The notes under the pieces: model-generated
What the model saw: the letters and a program-made list of their open reading frames with translations, nothing else
What the model was told of the DNA's origin: nothing
Database searches by the model: none
Position numbers and translations under genes: made by a program
From: an uncultured virus (IMG/VR IMGVR_UViG_3300031998_000055)
Taxonomy: Duplodnaviria > Heunggongvirae > Uroviricota > Caudoviricetes
DNA length: 64,000 bases
Strand: one strand, 5' to 3'
Virus record (IMG/VR): IMGVR_UViG_3300031998_000055
Shown: positions 1 through 9,024 of the stretch, in pieces
Layout: each line of letters opens with the position of its first letter
How positions within the stretch are numbered: the first letter of the stretch is position 1

Positions 1-450
1 GGGCGGCCTCTGGGGCCACCCCTCCCCCCCCCCCACCCCCCCGGGTGGGGGGGGGGGGGGCAAAAATCCCCCCCCGGCGGAATGAAATCCCCCCGGATGG
101 GGGGAGGATGGGGTGTGGGGGGCGCGGATTCCTCCGGAATCCCCATGCGGGGCGGGCCGAGGGGCCCGGGCTCGGCCGGGGGATCCGTTGGGGGGGGGCG
201 AAGGGCGCGGGAGCGCCCGAGGGGGAAGCGGAAAAAACCCCGATTATCTCGGATAAATCCGATGAAATCAGGGTTTTATTCAATTATATTAATATTTATA
301 TAATATTAATATATGTCGAGGATGAGCCAGTCGCCGCGCCTCTTCCGGCGGGGCTTCGCTTTGACCCGGACCGGATGGAGGGTCAGCAGGAGCCCGGCCA
401 CGGGGCCGAGGCAGCCCAGGAAGGCGCCTATGGCCGCAGAGGCGAGGGCT

Positions 451-807
451 TCAGCGGCGGGCACGGCCCCAAGCCTCCTCGACGGAGACGGCGGCATCGC
501 GGGCAAGCGTCATCCTGGCATCGCGGCATCTGCCCAGCCTGGCCCGGGCGGCCGCCATCCATTTGGACGACATCGCCCTGAGCTTCTCGGGGTCGCTGCA
601 CGCGATGGCCCTGGCGAGGTCCATCATGGCCAGCGCGCCTTCGTCGGATTGGGCGGCGGCTTTGGCCGTCCCCACCGTGATCTTGGCGTCCCCCCTCGTC
701 AGCTTCTCGAGCTGCAGGGCGGCGGCGCAGAAGGCGGAAACCGCCATCACGGCCTGATGCCTCGCCCGAGCGAGCTCCTCGGACGAGTCCATTGCTTTCT
801 TTCCCAT
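451..807 (-). CDS. hypothetical protein
   Basis: ORF 451..858; start refined to MGKKAM behind an AAAGGAG RBS and the leader motif at 830-841. Confidence 0.55.
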   Translation of the reverse strand: MGKKAMDSSEELARARHQAVMAVSAFCAAALQLEKLTRGDAKITVGTAKAAAQSDEGALAMMDLARAIACSDPEKLRAMSSKWMAAARARLGRCRDARMTLARDAAVSVEEAWGRARR

Positions 808-848
808 AGGGATCTCCTTTCGGATGATTATGATAATGATTCGCGGCG

Positions 849-938
849 TCAGCGCCAATCGCCGAACGTCGCCTTCGCCAGGACGGCGATGACGTACCCG
901 AGGGCGATCAGGAACGCCAGGGTGCCTAGTGCTCCCAT
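849..938 (-). CDS. small hydrophobic peptide (29 aa)
   Basis: Hand-translated MGALGTLAFLIALGYVIAVLAKATFGDWR with an AAAGGAGG RBS; too short for the ORF track. Confidence 0.55.
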   Translation of the reverse strand: MGALGTLAFLIALGYVIAVLAKATFGDWR

Positions 939-952
939 GGCTGGGCCTCCTT

Positions 953-1036
953 TCATTTCCGCCTAGGCGGGATCCCGCCCATCATGCATACGAAGAAGCA
1001 TATGAGCAGGATGAAGAAGAAGATCAAGTACCCCAT
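953..1036 (-). CDS. small hydrophobic peptide (27 aa)
   Basis: Hand-translated MGYLIFFFILLICFFVCMMGGIPPRRK with an AAAGGAG RBS and the leader motif at 1059-1070. Confidence 0.5.
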   Translation of the reverse strand: MGYLIFFFILLICFFVCMMGGIPPRRK

Positions 1037-1089
1037 TGGTCGCGGGCTCCTTTCGTTGATGATTATGATGCAAATGATCCTTCCCATAT

Positions 1090-1118
1090 ATTATAGGGCC
1101 TATGGGCGGGCCCGTCAA
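1090..1118 (-). promoter_or_regulatory. sigmaA/sigma70-type promoter
   Basis: TTGACG-17 nt-TATAAT on the minus strand. Confidence 0.7.
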
Positions 1119-1126
1119 GATTCGGA

Positions 1127-1870
1127 TCAGGGGATCCGCCGCGCCGGCATTTGATTTAAATGACCTGGATGATCTTCAGGGAAGTTAAGACGTGCGTAAG
1201 GGCCATGCAGCGCAATTGCTTTGGCGTCGTAGGCTCTTGCCGCTTCTTCTGGAGATGCAAATCCCGTTTCGTGTATCACTCTGCCGTCATTCTTTAAAGC
1301 GAATGTCCAAACATCTCTATTTTTATAGCGTTTATCCTTAAAGACTCCCTTATATCCAGATTCATTGTTTCTGGATATTCCATTGTTTTTAGAGTTTTCT
1401 CTTTGGGAGCAGATGCGCATATTAGATTTTCGGTTATCCATCCGGTTGCCGTTTATATGATCGATTACTTGACCCGGCTTTATTGGCATTATCAAATGAT
1501 ACATGACGATGGCTTTTTTATGGTCCGAGTTTTTGAATATTGGATATTCGATAGCGTCATCATGTCCTCTTTTTTTGTTTTTTTGACGTCTTAGATGCCA
1601 CCTATATTTAATCACAAGCGGCAAATCTTCTTCGTCCAAAAGGCAAACGCGCCCTCCGACATCCATGTAAACGATTCCATCTTTTACCGTATAAGGATTC
1701 ATTCCTTTGGTTGCGACCAATCTTCTTTGGATTTCGTATTTTGAGAATTCTTTTTCTTCCCCAAAATCTGATACACAAAGATATCTGGTTTCTTGCTGTC
1801 CTTTTTTCAGAATTTCCTTCACGGTATAAATACTGAATCTCGTTCCTGGTCCTATGTTTACTCCTTTCAT
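1127..1870 (-). CDS. HNH homing endonuclease with AP2 DNA-binding domain
   Basis: IDHINGNRMDNRKSNMR HNH motif; SGYKGV...EEAARAYDAKAIALHGPYARLNFP AP2 motif; AT-richer than its flanks. Confidence 0.9.
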   Translation of the reverse strand: MKGVNIGPGTRFSIYTVKEILKKGQQETRYLCVSDFGEEKEFSKYEIQRRLVATKGMNPYTVKDGIVYMDVGGRVCLLDEEDLPLVIKYRWHLRRQKNKKRGHDDAIEYPIFKNSDHKKAIVMYHLIMPIKPGQVIDHINGNRMDNRKSNMRICSQRENSKNNGISRNNESGYKGVFKDKRYKNRDVWTFALKNDGRVIHETGFASPEEAARAYDAKAIALHGPYARLNFPEDHPGHLNQMPARRIP

Positions 1871-1888
1871 TTTACCTCCTTCCGCTCT

Positions 1889-2773
1889 TTAATGGGCGTA
1901 TACGGCGATATGCCTATAATTTTGGTTGTAGCAGGACATCTTTCCCTTGCATTTGTCGCAGGTGAAGTCGCTTCCGTCCGGCATCTTGCGGTGATGGCCG
2001 TTTTTGTCGATGCTCGGGCAATGGGGCGTCTTCGCGAGACGGTCCAGGTCTTCCTGGCTCAATCCGTTCCCGGGGACAAAGCTGTCGTCATATTCAAAAA
2101 TCCCCAAAGACCACCGTTCGGCGTACTTCGCGATGAATTCGTCGGCGCAGTGGTGCCATTGGGAGATCTGGATCGAGAAATTTGCCGGGATGTCCTGATG
2201 GCTGGCCTCAAGATCGTCGAGCCATTCCCCGAGGGCATCGAAGTTCTTGGTATACAAAGTGAATTGCGTCATGGGATGAGCGAGCGCCAGGAATGCCCAG
2301 CGTCTGAACTGCTGCGCGTTTTCGACCTCGCCGCTCGTGTGGATCCTGAAAACCTTCACGACTGCAAGATCCTTGGCCTTAGCGAGCGCCTCGTCCGGAT
2401 CCATGCCGGCCTTATGGGCCTCGTCCAGGAACTTCTCCGCCTTCCCGTTCTTGAGGGTCAGGAAGACCGCGAGCTGGTCCCAGAGTTTCCCATTTCGCAA
2501 TAGGATCGTGTTCTCGGCGAGGGCCGGGATTACGCTGTTGTGGTATCTTCGGCAAAAATTGAACGCATAGCAGCTTTTTGCACAGACGTCTGCTAGCTTG
2601 CCGCAGGTACCAGGGATGTCCGTAAGCAATCCCTTGTCTTTGGTTTGGATCATATGCTCCTCATTGCCCGGGAGAGTGGAAAAGGACCAGATCCCCTTGC
2701 CGATCTTCGAATTGCCCTTCGAGACGTGCAGGGTGGCCTGATCCTCGCGTATTTCGTAAAGTGGCTGTGCCAT
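1889..2773 (-). CDS. Gp88-like phage protein
   Basis: GNSKIG...SFSTLPG...TC...CAKSCYA...FRIHTSGE...LYTK pattern typical of the Gp88 family. Confidence 0.65.
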   Translation of the reverse strand: MAQPLYEIREDQATLHVSKGNSKIGKGIWSFSTLPGNEEHMIQTKDKGLLTDIPGTCGKLADVCAKSCYAFNFCRRYHNSVIPALAENTILLRNGKLWDQLAVFLTLKNGKAEKFLDEAHKAGMDPDEALAKAKDLAVVKVFRIHTSGEVENAQQFRRWAFLALAHPMTQFTLYTKNFDALGEWLDDLEASHQDIPANFSIQISQWHHCADEFIAKYAERWSLGIFEYDDSFVPGNGLSQEDLDRLAKTPHCPSIDKNGHHRKMPDGSDFTCDKCKGKMSCYNQNYRHIAVYAH

Positions 2774-2915
2774 ACGGCACTCCTTTCCTTCATGATAGAT
2801 GATTCTGCCCCTCCGGCCCCCGCCCCCCTCAACTTTGGGGGCGGGACCCGTCGTTTCGACTAGGAGGAGTCAATGAGCGGCGAAGGGACATGCCATAACC
2901 CTTCCGCCTGAGGAT

Positions 2916-2944
2916 ATTGTAGCGCGGATGCGGCGCCGCGTCAA
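2916..2944 (-). promoter_or_regulatory. sigmaA-type promoter
   Basis: TTGACG-17 nt-TACAAT on the minus strand. Confidence 0.65.
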
Positions 2945-2954
2945 TACCTTTTTT

Positions 2955-3863
2955 TCAGATGTGGCAATCGATGATCGCGACGTAGTCGTCGGGCCCGAGG
3001 GCGTCGACGAAGTTGGATCGGAACCCTTCCTCCCACGCCTTCTCGGCGCCTTCGGCCTCGTTGGAGATCCCGAACCAGCCCATCTTGCCGACGGAGTGCC
3101 AGCCGTCGGAATCCACGACGGCGTACGGGGCCCACAGCGCCAGGTGCCTGGCGTATCCGTCGGCCGTGCCGTAGCGCTCCGCATAGTATTCGGGGCGGTA
3201 CATGACGAACCCGAATTCCTCCATGAGGTATTCCCTGACGGCATCCTCGCCGCCCTCGCGGACGGCCTTCGGGAGCTTGCGCTCGACGTAGCATCTCCAG
3301 AAGTGGCGGGCCTTCTTCTCCTGCGCGGCGGTCAGGGACATCATGGCGTCCCAGTCGATGTCCTTGGCGCGGGCGGCGTCGCAGTTCGAGGATTTCCCCT
3401 TGCCCTTGATCCGGAGCTGCTTCGAGTAGCGGCCCCCGAGCTCGTACCAATCCCATTTGGAATCGGGGTTGTAGGTGGAGAGTCGGTTGCCTTCGGCGTC
3501 GAGCTCGCCCTCGTTCTCGGCCTCCACGAGCTTCCAGACCTCTTCGTCGGGGGATCCATCTGCGGCGGCGAGCTTCTTGAAGTGCTCGGAGGCCGTGAAC
3601 GTATAGTGGAACCACGGCCAGGCGCCGAAGAGCTTGTTGTAGGCATCCTCCCTCTCGTCCTCGGGGAGATGGGCGACGGACTCGGCCGCCTTCGCGCATT
3701 CCGCCGCGTGGTGGCAGCGCTCCCTCATGCCCTCCAAGAGCTGTTCCCTGGTCTCGGCGACGTATGGGGGCATCTCGAGGTTCTCGTCGTATGGGGCGAG
3801 CAGCTTCTCGACGGTGTCTTTGCTTCCGGCCTTGATGATGGCCATTACCATGAAATGAGACAT
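2955..3863 (-). CDS. conserved phage hypothetical protein
   Basis: 302-aa ORF with AGGAGG RBS; YNPDSKWDWYELGGRY motif seen in phage proteins. Confidence 0.75.
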   Translation of the reverse strand: MSHFMVMAIIKAGSKDTVEKLLAPYDENLEMPPYVAETREQLLEGMRERCHHAAECAKAAESVAHLPEDEREDAYNKLFGAWPWFHYTFTASEHFKKLAAADGSPDEEVWKLVEAENEGELDAEGNRLSTYNPDSKWDWYELGGRYSKQLRIKGKGKSSNCDAARAKDIDWDAMMSLTAAQEKKARHFWRCYVERKLPKAVREGGEDAVREYLMEEFGFVMYRPEYYAERYGTADGYARHLALWAPYAVVDSDGWHSVGKMGWFGISNEAEGAEKAWEEGFRSNFVDALGPDDYVAIIDCHI

Positions 3864-3895
3864 AATGTTTCCTCCTATGGATATGATATATGATA

Positions 3896-3925
3896 ATGAT
3901 ACGCGGCCCGCGAGGGGCCTGTCAA
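3896..3925 (-). promoter_or_regulatory. possible sigmaA-type promoter
   Basis: TTGACA-18 nt-TATCAT; the -10 overlaps the leader motif. Confidence 0.5.
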
Positions 3926-3928
3926 GCC

Positions 3929-4585
3929 TCAGCAGACCTCAACCAGCATCCGGTCCTCCTCGAGGCACCCGATGGCGAAGCCGGGGGCCCCGTCGAAGAG
4001 CTTCTCAAGCTCATCGAGGTCTTCTGCCGAGAGGTCGGATGCGTAGAAGTCCAGGACCCCTTCCTCGACTTCCCGGTATTCCGGGTCCTCGAGGAATTCG
4101 TCCTTGTACGATGAGATCGTCTCGACGTCCAGCGGGTCGAATCTGGAGACGATGGACTTGCCGTCGTGCAGCAGGTCGATCCAGAGCTCGTACTCGGACC
4201 ACGCCGCATTCGCCTCCATCCCCGCCGGGGAGATGGCGATGAGCCCGTCGTTCCGGTTGTCCCCGTAGGGGTCTCCGTAGATGCCGGAGGCGTCGAAGCC
4301 GAGGTCTTCCATCAGCTCCCAGACGCCTTTCCGATCCCCTTCGTGGACGCCGGATCCGGGCCAGGCGCGGAGCGCCGCCGCGAGGGCGGACGACTTGCGG
4401 TTGGGCATGCCCCTTCTGGCGCCTGCCCTGACCCGGGCGCGGCAGCGCTCCCTCTCCTCGGCGTATCCCTTTATGAAGCTGCGCGCGAGGTGGATGGCCG
4501 GGATGGTGTATCCGGACCAGTGGAAATAGCAGTTGAGGACCGGTTTCCCCGAGATCCTCACGGTGATCAGCAATCTCTGTCCCAT
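3929..4585 (-). CDS. hypothetical protein
   Basis: 218-aa ORF with GAGGAGG RBS; MGQRL...YFHWSGY N-terminus. Confidence 0.7.
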   Translation of the reverse strand: MGQRLLITVRISGKPVLNCYFHWSGYTIPAIHLARSFIKGYAEERERCRARVRAGARRGMPNRKSSALAAALRAWPGSGVHEGDRKGVWELMEDLGFDASGIYGDPYGDNRNDGLIAISPAGMEANAAWSEYELWIDLLHDGKSIVSRFDPLDVETISSYKDEFLEDPEYREVEEGVLDFYASDLSAEDLDELEKLFDGAPGFAIGCLEEDRMLVEVC

Positions 4586-4596
4586 GCAGCCCCTCC

Positions 4597-5226
4597 TCAG
4601 TCGTTGAAATCGTCCCTGTCGCCCATCAGGTAGGCGAGGGCCTCCGGGCGGTCGGATATATCCACGAGGTGTTCGAAGCGGGGGCCATGCTTGGTTTCCG
4701 ACATCGTGACTACGAGGATCCCGTCGTTCCTCAGTATGATGCTGTAGACGTAATCGTTGGGGGCGAGGGGGAGGACCTCATCCGCCCTCTTGTTCAATTC
4801 GCCTAGGCTCAATTCAGAATCTCTGTTCATACGGTCTCTCCTTCTTTCTTGGCCTTCCGGCGGCAGATCGTCGATGTCGTCGACCTCCATCGGCTGGGTC
4901 CCATACCATTCGACGACCGTTCTGGAGTCGTATGGATAGATCCCGATGGCTTCCTTGCCGATCTGGCACTCGGCGTAGAACGCCTTCCCATCCCAGTCGG
5001 AGAAGGGGGCGGAGTGCTGCGGCGTGCCCAGGAAGAGGGAGAGCAGCTCGCCGTAGGAGAGCGGCTTCCCGTTCCTGTTCGGCAGCAGGCCGTCGAGGCC
5101 GTGGTGGGAGATGATCCGGGAGAAGCGGATGTATTCCGCCTCGTCCCGGATGAGGATGACGTTGGCGTTCTGGAGGAACTCGAGGAGGTTGGTGAGCTTA
5201 TAGGTGGTTTCCCTTTTCGTGGCCAT
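4597..5226 (-). CDS. hypothetical protein
   Basis: ORF 4597..5244; start refined to MATKRE after GAGGAGG. Confidence 0.7.
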   Translation of the reverse strand: MATKRETTYKLTNLLEFLQNANVILIRDEAEYIRFSRIISHHGLDGLLPNRNGKPLSYGELLSLFLGTPQHSAPFSDWDGKAFYAECQIGKEAIGIYPYDSRTVVEWYGTQPMEVDDIDDLPPEGQERRRDRMNRDSELSLGELNKRADEVLPLAPNDYVYSIILRNDGILVVTMSETKHGPRFEHLVDISDRPEALAYLMGDRDDFND

Positions 5227-5227
5227 A

Positions 5228-5437
5228 TCACTGTTCCTCCTCATCTCCCGCTTCGAGCTCGGCGAGCACGCTTTCCGCGTAATCGAGGTCCTCCGGCTTG
5301 ACCCAGAGCCCGGTATCGGCGTATTCGCTGGGGATGCCCCGGATATCGAGCTCCTCCTTGAGCTCCCTGGCGGAGACGGAGGAATTGTGGGTCTTGATGA
5401 GCGCCGCGAGGCGCTTTTCGTATTCTTTCTGTTCCAT
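5228..5437 (-). CDS. hypothetical protein
   Basis: MEQKEY... ORF packed tightly in the operon, with RBS. Confidence 0.6.
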   Translation of the reverse strand: MEQKEYEKRLAALIKTHNSSVSARELKEELDIRGIPSEYADTGLWVKPEDLDYAESVLAELEAGDEEEQ

Positions 5438-6021
5438 TATAGGTTCTCCTCGGCCCATTCGGCCAATTCACGGTACGAATCCGGATAGTTCGCATCCTCC
5501 GGATGGCGGATGATCCACTGGACGAGCCAGTCGGCGATGAAGCAGAGGCTCGTCCTGTCCTCGCAGTCGAGCCATAGCTCCGACGCGAGGTCGCAGAAGA
5601 TCTCGAAGGGGGTCTTCGCGATGTTCTCCTCCTCCTCGAAGGCGTCGATGGCGTTGCGGCAGGCGCAGGCGACCAGCACGGTGGTCAGTTTCTGGCCCAG
5701 CCCCGCATCCGTGAGGGTTTCGAGGGCGGTCGTGTACGGCATCACGCCGCAGGCGATGCGGGCCCTCCTGAAGCAGGCTTCGGCGATCTTGATCTCATCC
5801 GGATCCAATCCGCCGCTCTGGGGCTCATCGAGCCCGTAGGCCAGCCCGCCTTCCAATATGCAGACGAGTTTTGCATCCGATGCGTCCTTCATCTCCCCCT
5901 CGAGGTCTTCCACGTGGAGGTCGTCATTGATGTAGAACCAGGCGTCCATCTTGGTCGCCTCGGCGATCTTGTCGAGGACATTGGCTTCCTCGGCGGTGAG
6001 TCTGAAATCCTTTTCTTCCAT
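5437..6021 (-). CDS. hypothetical protein
   Basis: 194-aa acidic ORF with RBS and the leader motif at 6036-6047. Confidence 0.7.
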   Translation of the reverse strand: MEEKDFRLTAEEANVLDKIAEATKMDAWFYINDDLHVEDLEGEMKDASDAKLVCILEGGLAYGLDEPQSGGLDPDEIKIAEACFRRARIACGVMPYTTALETLTDAGLGQKLTTVLVACACRNAIDAFEEEENIAKTPFEIFCDLASELWLDCEDRTSLCFIADWLVQWIIRHPEDANYPDSYRELAEWAEENL

Positions 6022-6046
6022 GGATTCTCTCCTATATGATGATGAT

Positions 6047-6478
6047 TCAATCGTACCAGCAGTAGCAGGAGGGATGGTCGGTCCCCCTGGCGATGCTCAT
6101 GTCGTCGGCGTATCTGAACGCCTCGGCGAAATCCAGCGCGTCGTCGATGCTGGCGGCCTCGCCTTGGATGCCTTCAACGGTGATTCTGGCGTCGCTGCGG
6201 TCCTCGCCGATGGTGTATCCGTGCATCGTGAATCCGGGATGGCCTTCGCAGAACTCGACCATCTCGAGGAAGGTCGGCGAGTCGTTCTGCTGGTCATTGG
6301 GATCCGCGAATCCGGCTTCGATGAGTTTTCTGCCGGTTTCGGCGGTCATGCCGCTGAAGCGGGCGTAGTTCTCATAATCGGAAGAGGTGTAGTTGGTTCC
6401 GCCTTCGCGGATGATGGCGCCCCTTTCCTTCTGCTCGGCAAGCGTGAGCTGTCGGAAGCATTTCTTTTCTTGTGCCAT
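6047..6478 (-). CDS. hypothetical protein
   Basis: Start refined to MAQEKK after GAAAGGAG; ends ...YCWYD. Confidence 0.7.
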   Translation of the reverse strand: MAQEKKCFRQLTLAEQKERGAIIREGGTNYTSSDYENYARFSGMTAETGRKLIEAGFADPNDQQNDSPTFLEMVEFCEGHPGFTMHGYTIGEDRSDARITVEGIQGEAASIDDALDFAEAFRYADDMSIARGTDHPSCYCWYD

Positions 6479-6512
6479 ATTGGCTCCTTTCATGATAATG
6501 ATTGGCGGGGTC

Positions 6513-6531
6513 GGGGGCGCGGAGCGCCCCC
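6513..6531 (+). repeat. GGA-triloop inverted repeat, copy 1
   Basis: GGGGGCGC-GGA-GCGCCCCC. Confidence 0.85.
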
Positions 6532-6537
6532 TCCCCC

Positions 6538-6741
6538 TTACATGATCTCGACGGGGATCCCCTCGAACTGGGTCTCCTCCGTCTCGGCCTCCCAGTCCCC
6601 CAGCATCTGGGGGATGAGCTCCTTCGGCATCGAAGGCGGCCATTTCACGAAGACCTTGGTCCGATCCGCCGCGACGGTGATCCGCTGCGGGTCGACGTAT
6701 TCGCCGAGCACGTCGAAGCATAGCAAATCCAGGCTGCTCAT
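6538..6741 (-). CDS. hypothetical protein
   Basis: MSSLDLL... start after GGAGGAG, overlapping the upstream stop. Confidence 0.55.
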   Translation of the reverse strand: MSSLDLLCFDVLGEYVDPQRITVAADRTKVFVKWPPSMPKELIPQMLGDWEAETEETQFEGIPVEIM

Positions 6742-7553
6742 TGCTGCTCCTCCAGGTCTTCCTGCGTGCAGCCGCAGGCGTAGAGGTAGGTCTTGAAGGC
6801 GTTGAGGCGCTTCTCGAGGTCTTCGTTCCAGGCGGGGTCGAACAGCTTGACGTACGCCTCGACGAGGTCCATCGGGGTGAAGCGGTTGTCGTCGAAGGAC
6901 ACGGCCTTGGATTCGCCGCTGCACGACGTGAATACGGTGAGGGAGAAATCCTGGATCACCCTGACGTCGATCAGGCCGTCGTTGTAGTGCTCCGGATCCA
7001 CGCACGGCTCCTCCGTCATGGAGATCTGGGTGAACATCTCATCCTTGAGCCACGGCGCGTCGAATTCGGGATGGTCGGCGACGTAATCGTCGATCCAGTT
7101 GGACGCGACCCCTGCCGAAGGCTTGCTGTTGCAGGTGACCTTCTTGAAGTTGGCCCACGCGTCGTCGATCTCGCCGATCGCCGGCAGCGGGATCACCGGA
7201 TACGCGAACATGACGAAGTACCTCCCGTCGGGGAGATCCTCCGTGAGGAATCCGGACATCGTTATCGCCTTCCATCCGGTGGCGAGGATGCCGTCGAAGG
7301 CCGCCTGATTCATCCCTTCCACGGAGACGTATTGCTTGCTGGCGGCCTCGATCTGGCCGAATCCGCATTGCCCCAGCGCCTTCGACCGGAGGTCATTCAG
7401 CGGCATGAGGATGCCGACGGCCTCCACGAGCCTGAAGGCGCCGCAATGGCCGTCGTCGTCGATGTACTCCTCGACGAAGGAGACGAGGTGGGCCTTGCCA
7501 TCCTCGATTTCGATGAATTCCCCCATCTGGAGGGGGAGGATAGTCTTATCCAT
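6738..7553 (-). CDS. hypothetical protein
   Basis: Start refined to MDKTIL after GAAAGGA. Confidence 0.7.
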   Translation of the reverse strand: MDKTILPLQMGEFIEIEDGKAHLVSFVEEYIDDDGHCGAFRLVEAVGILMPLNDLRSKALGQCGFGQIEAASKQYVSVEGMNQAAFDGILATGWKAITMSGFLTEDLPDGRYFVMFAYPVIPLPAIGEIDDAWANFKKVTCNSKPSAGVASNWIDDYVADHPEFDAPWLKDEMFTQISMTEEPCVDPEHYNDGLIDVRVIQDFSLTVFTSCSGESKAVSFDDNRFTPMDLVEAYVKLFDPAWNEDLEKRLNAFKTYLYACGCTQEDLEEQQ

Positions 7554-7587
7554 AGGCTTTCCTTTCCATGATAATGATTGGTCAGAG

Positions 7588-7604
7588 GGGGCGCGGAGCG
7601 CCCC
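7588..7604 (+). repeat. GGA-triloop inverted repeat, copy 2
   Basis: GGGGCGC-GGA-GCGCCCC. Confidence 0.85.
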
Positions 7605-7612
7605 ATCGGCAG

Positions 7613-7999
7613 CTACCCATTGAGGGTCTTGACCTCCTGCCTGTAGTAATTGTCGTCCTCGAGATCGGTATACCTCTTGGGGAGGTATTTGCATGCGGCG
7701 GATTCATGGGCGTATTGGGACATCACGTCGCTCATGAGGGCATAATCCTCGTCGTCGATGCGATGCCTTTTCTTGATCAGCTCGACGGCTTCGTCATCCG
7801 TCCGGCAATTGACGTTGACGAGCACTCTGTCGTACGCCCCGATCCGGCCGAACCCGACCTTTTTGCGGATCTCCTCCATGTGGAGGGGGGGCCAATCGGC
7901 TGGGCGCTTGCCGATCATGCCCTCTTCCCCCGTCTGGAAGAGCTTCTTCCCCGTGAAGGATAGGGCCTTCCTCATTTCTTCTTCATCTTCTGTGGGCAT
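7613..7999 (-). CDS. hypothetical protein
   Basis: Start refined to MPTEDE after AAGGAGG. Confidence 0.65.
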   Translation of the reverse strand: MPTEDEEEMRKALSFTGKKLFQTGEEGMIGKRPADWPPLHMEEIRKKVGFGRIGAYDRVLVNVNCRTDDEAVELIKKRHRIDDEDYALMSDVMSQYAHESAACKYLPKRYTDLEDDNYYRQEVKTLNG

Positions 8000-8025
8000 T
8001 GCTTTCCCTCCTTGGTGATAATGAT

Positions 8026-8436
8026 TCAGAGCACGGTGTACAGGTCTTCGCCGGGGATGACGGCTGCGCCGCCCCACGTGCCATGCAGTTGGCCCTCGTC
8101 GTCGACGTATTCGACGGTGCCGACCTTCCCGGAGTATTGCGGCTCTCCGGCCATCGCGTCGATGCGGATGGTTTTGCCAACCGGCGATCCGGGGCCCTTC
8201 TGCCTATGCGGGTCCCCTTTTGAGGATACGAAGTAAGTGGCGTCGTGGATGGGGATGTCCTCATCCAGCTCTTCCGCCGTCACGACGCCTTCCTCGGCGA
8301 TCAGGCTGTATTGGGACATGTACCATCCGAGGGCTTTTTCCTTCGCCTCGTCCTGATCTTCGGCCTCGACGATCACGACGCATTGGGGATCGTAGGGCGG
8401 AACGACCCTGACGATGTCCACGCTGTACTTAGCCAT
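8026..8436 (-). CDS. DUF4314-like domain protein
   Basis: C-terminal GKVGTVEYVDDEGQLHGTWGGAAVIPGED matches the DUF4314 pattern. Confidence 0.7.
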   Translation of the reverse strand: MAKYSVDIVRVVPPYDPQCVVIVEAEDQDEAKEKALGWYMSQYSLIAEEGVVTAEELDEDIPIHDATYFVSSKGDPHRQKGPGSPVGKTIRIDAMAGEPQYSGKVGTVEYVDDEGQLHGTWGGAAVIPGEDLYTVL

Positions 8437-8971
8437 AGATGACCTCCCCGTACATGGCGATCTGGATGATCGCGTCCGCGTCGTAGAAGTCCCCATCGTC
8501 GTTGACGCTCTCGAGGGTGGGGCGGCAGCCGTTGGCGTATCCCATGAGGCCATAGGTCAGCAGGCCCCTGAGGATGTCCTCGATCCCGATGTCGTGCCAT
8601 TCGCCGCCTTCGGGCTCGGATCCTTCTGCCCTGATCTGCCAGCTCCAGAGCATCTCGCCTTCCTTATGGCCCTTCCAGTGCCATTCGGATTCGGGGTCGA
8701 GCAGCCTGAGCTTCTCCCCGTTGAGCAGCATTCTGGCCCAGATCTGCTCCGTGCAGATCTCATCGTCGGTGTCTGGCATGAGCTCCTCGATCAGGGCGTT
8801 CTTGGTGTTGATGTAGGACATTTCGTCGACTGGCTTCCACCAGGCGCATCCGCAGCTTTCGGAAGAGGCCGTCGCGAGCATGTCGGTCAGCTGCTCCTCG
8901 ATGATCTTGATGGGGATCTTGATCTCCTTTGCGCCTTCGATGGCGACTCGGATCTCATATGTCTTTTTCAT
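8429..8971 (-). CDS. hypothetical protein
   Basis: MKKTYE...DADAIIQIAMYGEVIYG, a C-terminus common in phage proteins. Confidence 0.7.
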   Translation of the reverse strand: MKKTYEIRVAIEGAKEIKIPIKIIEEQLTDMLATASSESCGCAWWKPVDEMSYINTKNALIEELMPDTDDEICTEQIWARMLLNGEKLRLLDPESEWHWKGHKEGEMLWSWQIRAEGSEPEGGEWHDIGIEDILRGLLTYGLMGYANGCRPTLESVNDDGDFYDADAIIQIAMYGEVIYG

Positions 8972-9004
8972 ATGCTTTCTCCTATGATGATTATGATGGG
9001 GAAA

Positions 9005-9021
9005 GGGGCGCGGAGCGCCCC
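9005..9021 (+). repeat. GGA-triloop inverted repeat, copy 3
   Basis: GGGGCGC-GGA-GCGCCCC. Confidence 0.85.
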
Positions 9022-9024
9022 CTC

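Noticed and set aside
2806..2910. Hammerhead-like or tRNA-like leader (stem followed by GAAAC on the minus strand)
   Set aside because: Lacks the CUGAUGA core and a cloverleaf; treated as an ordinary structured 5' UTR.
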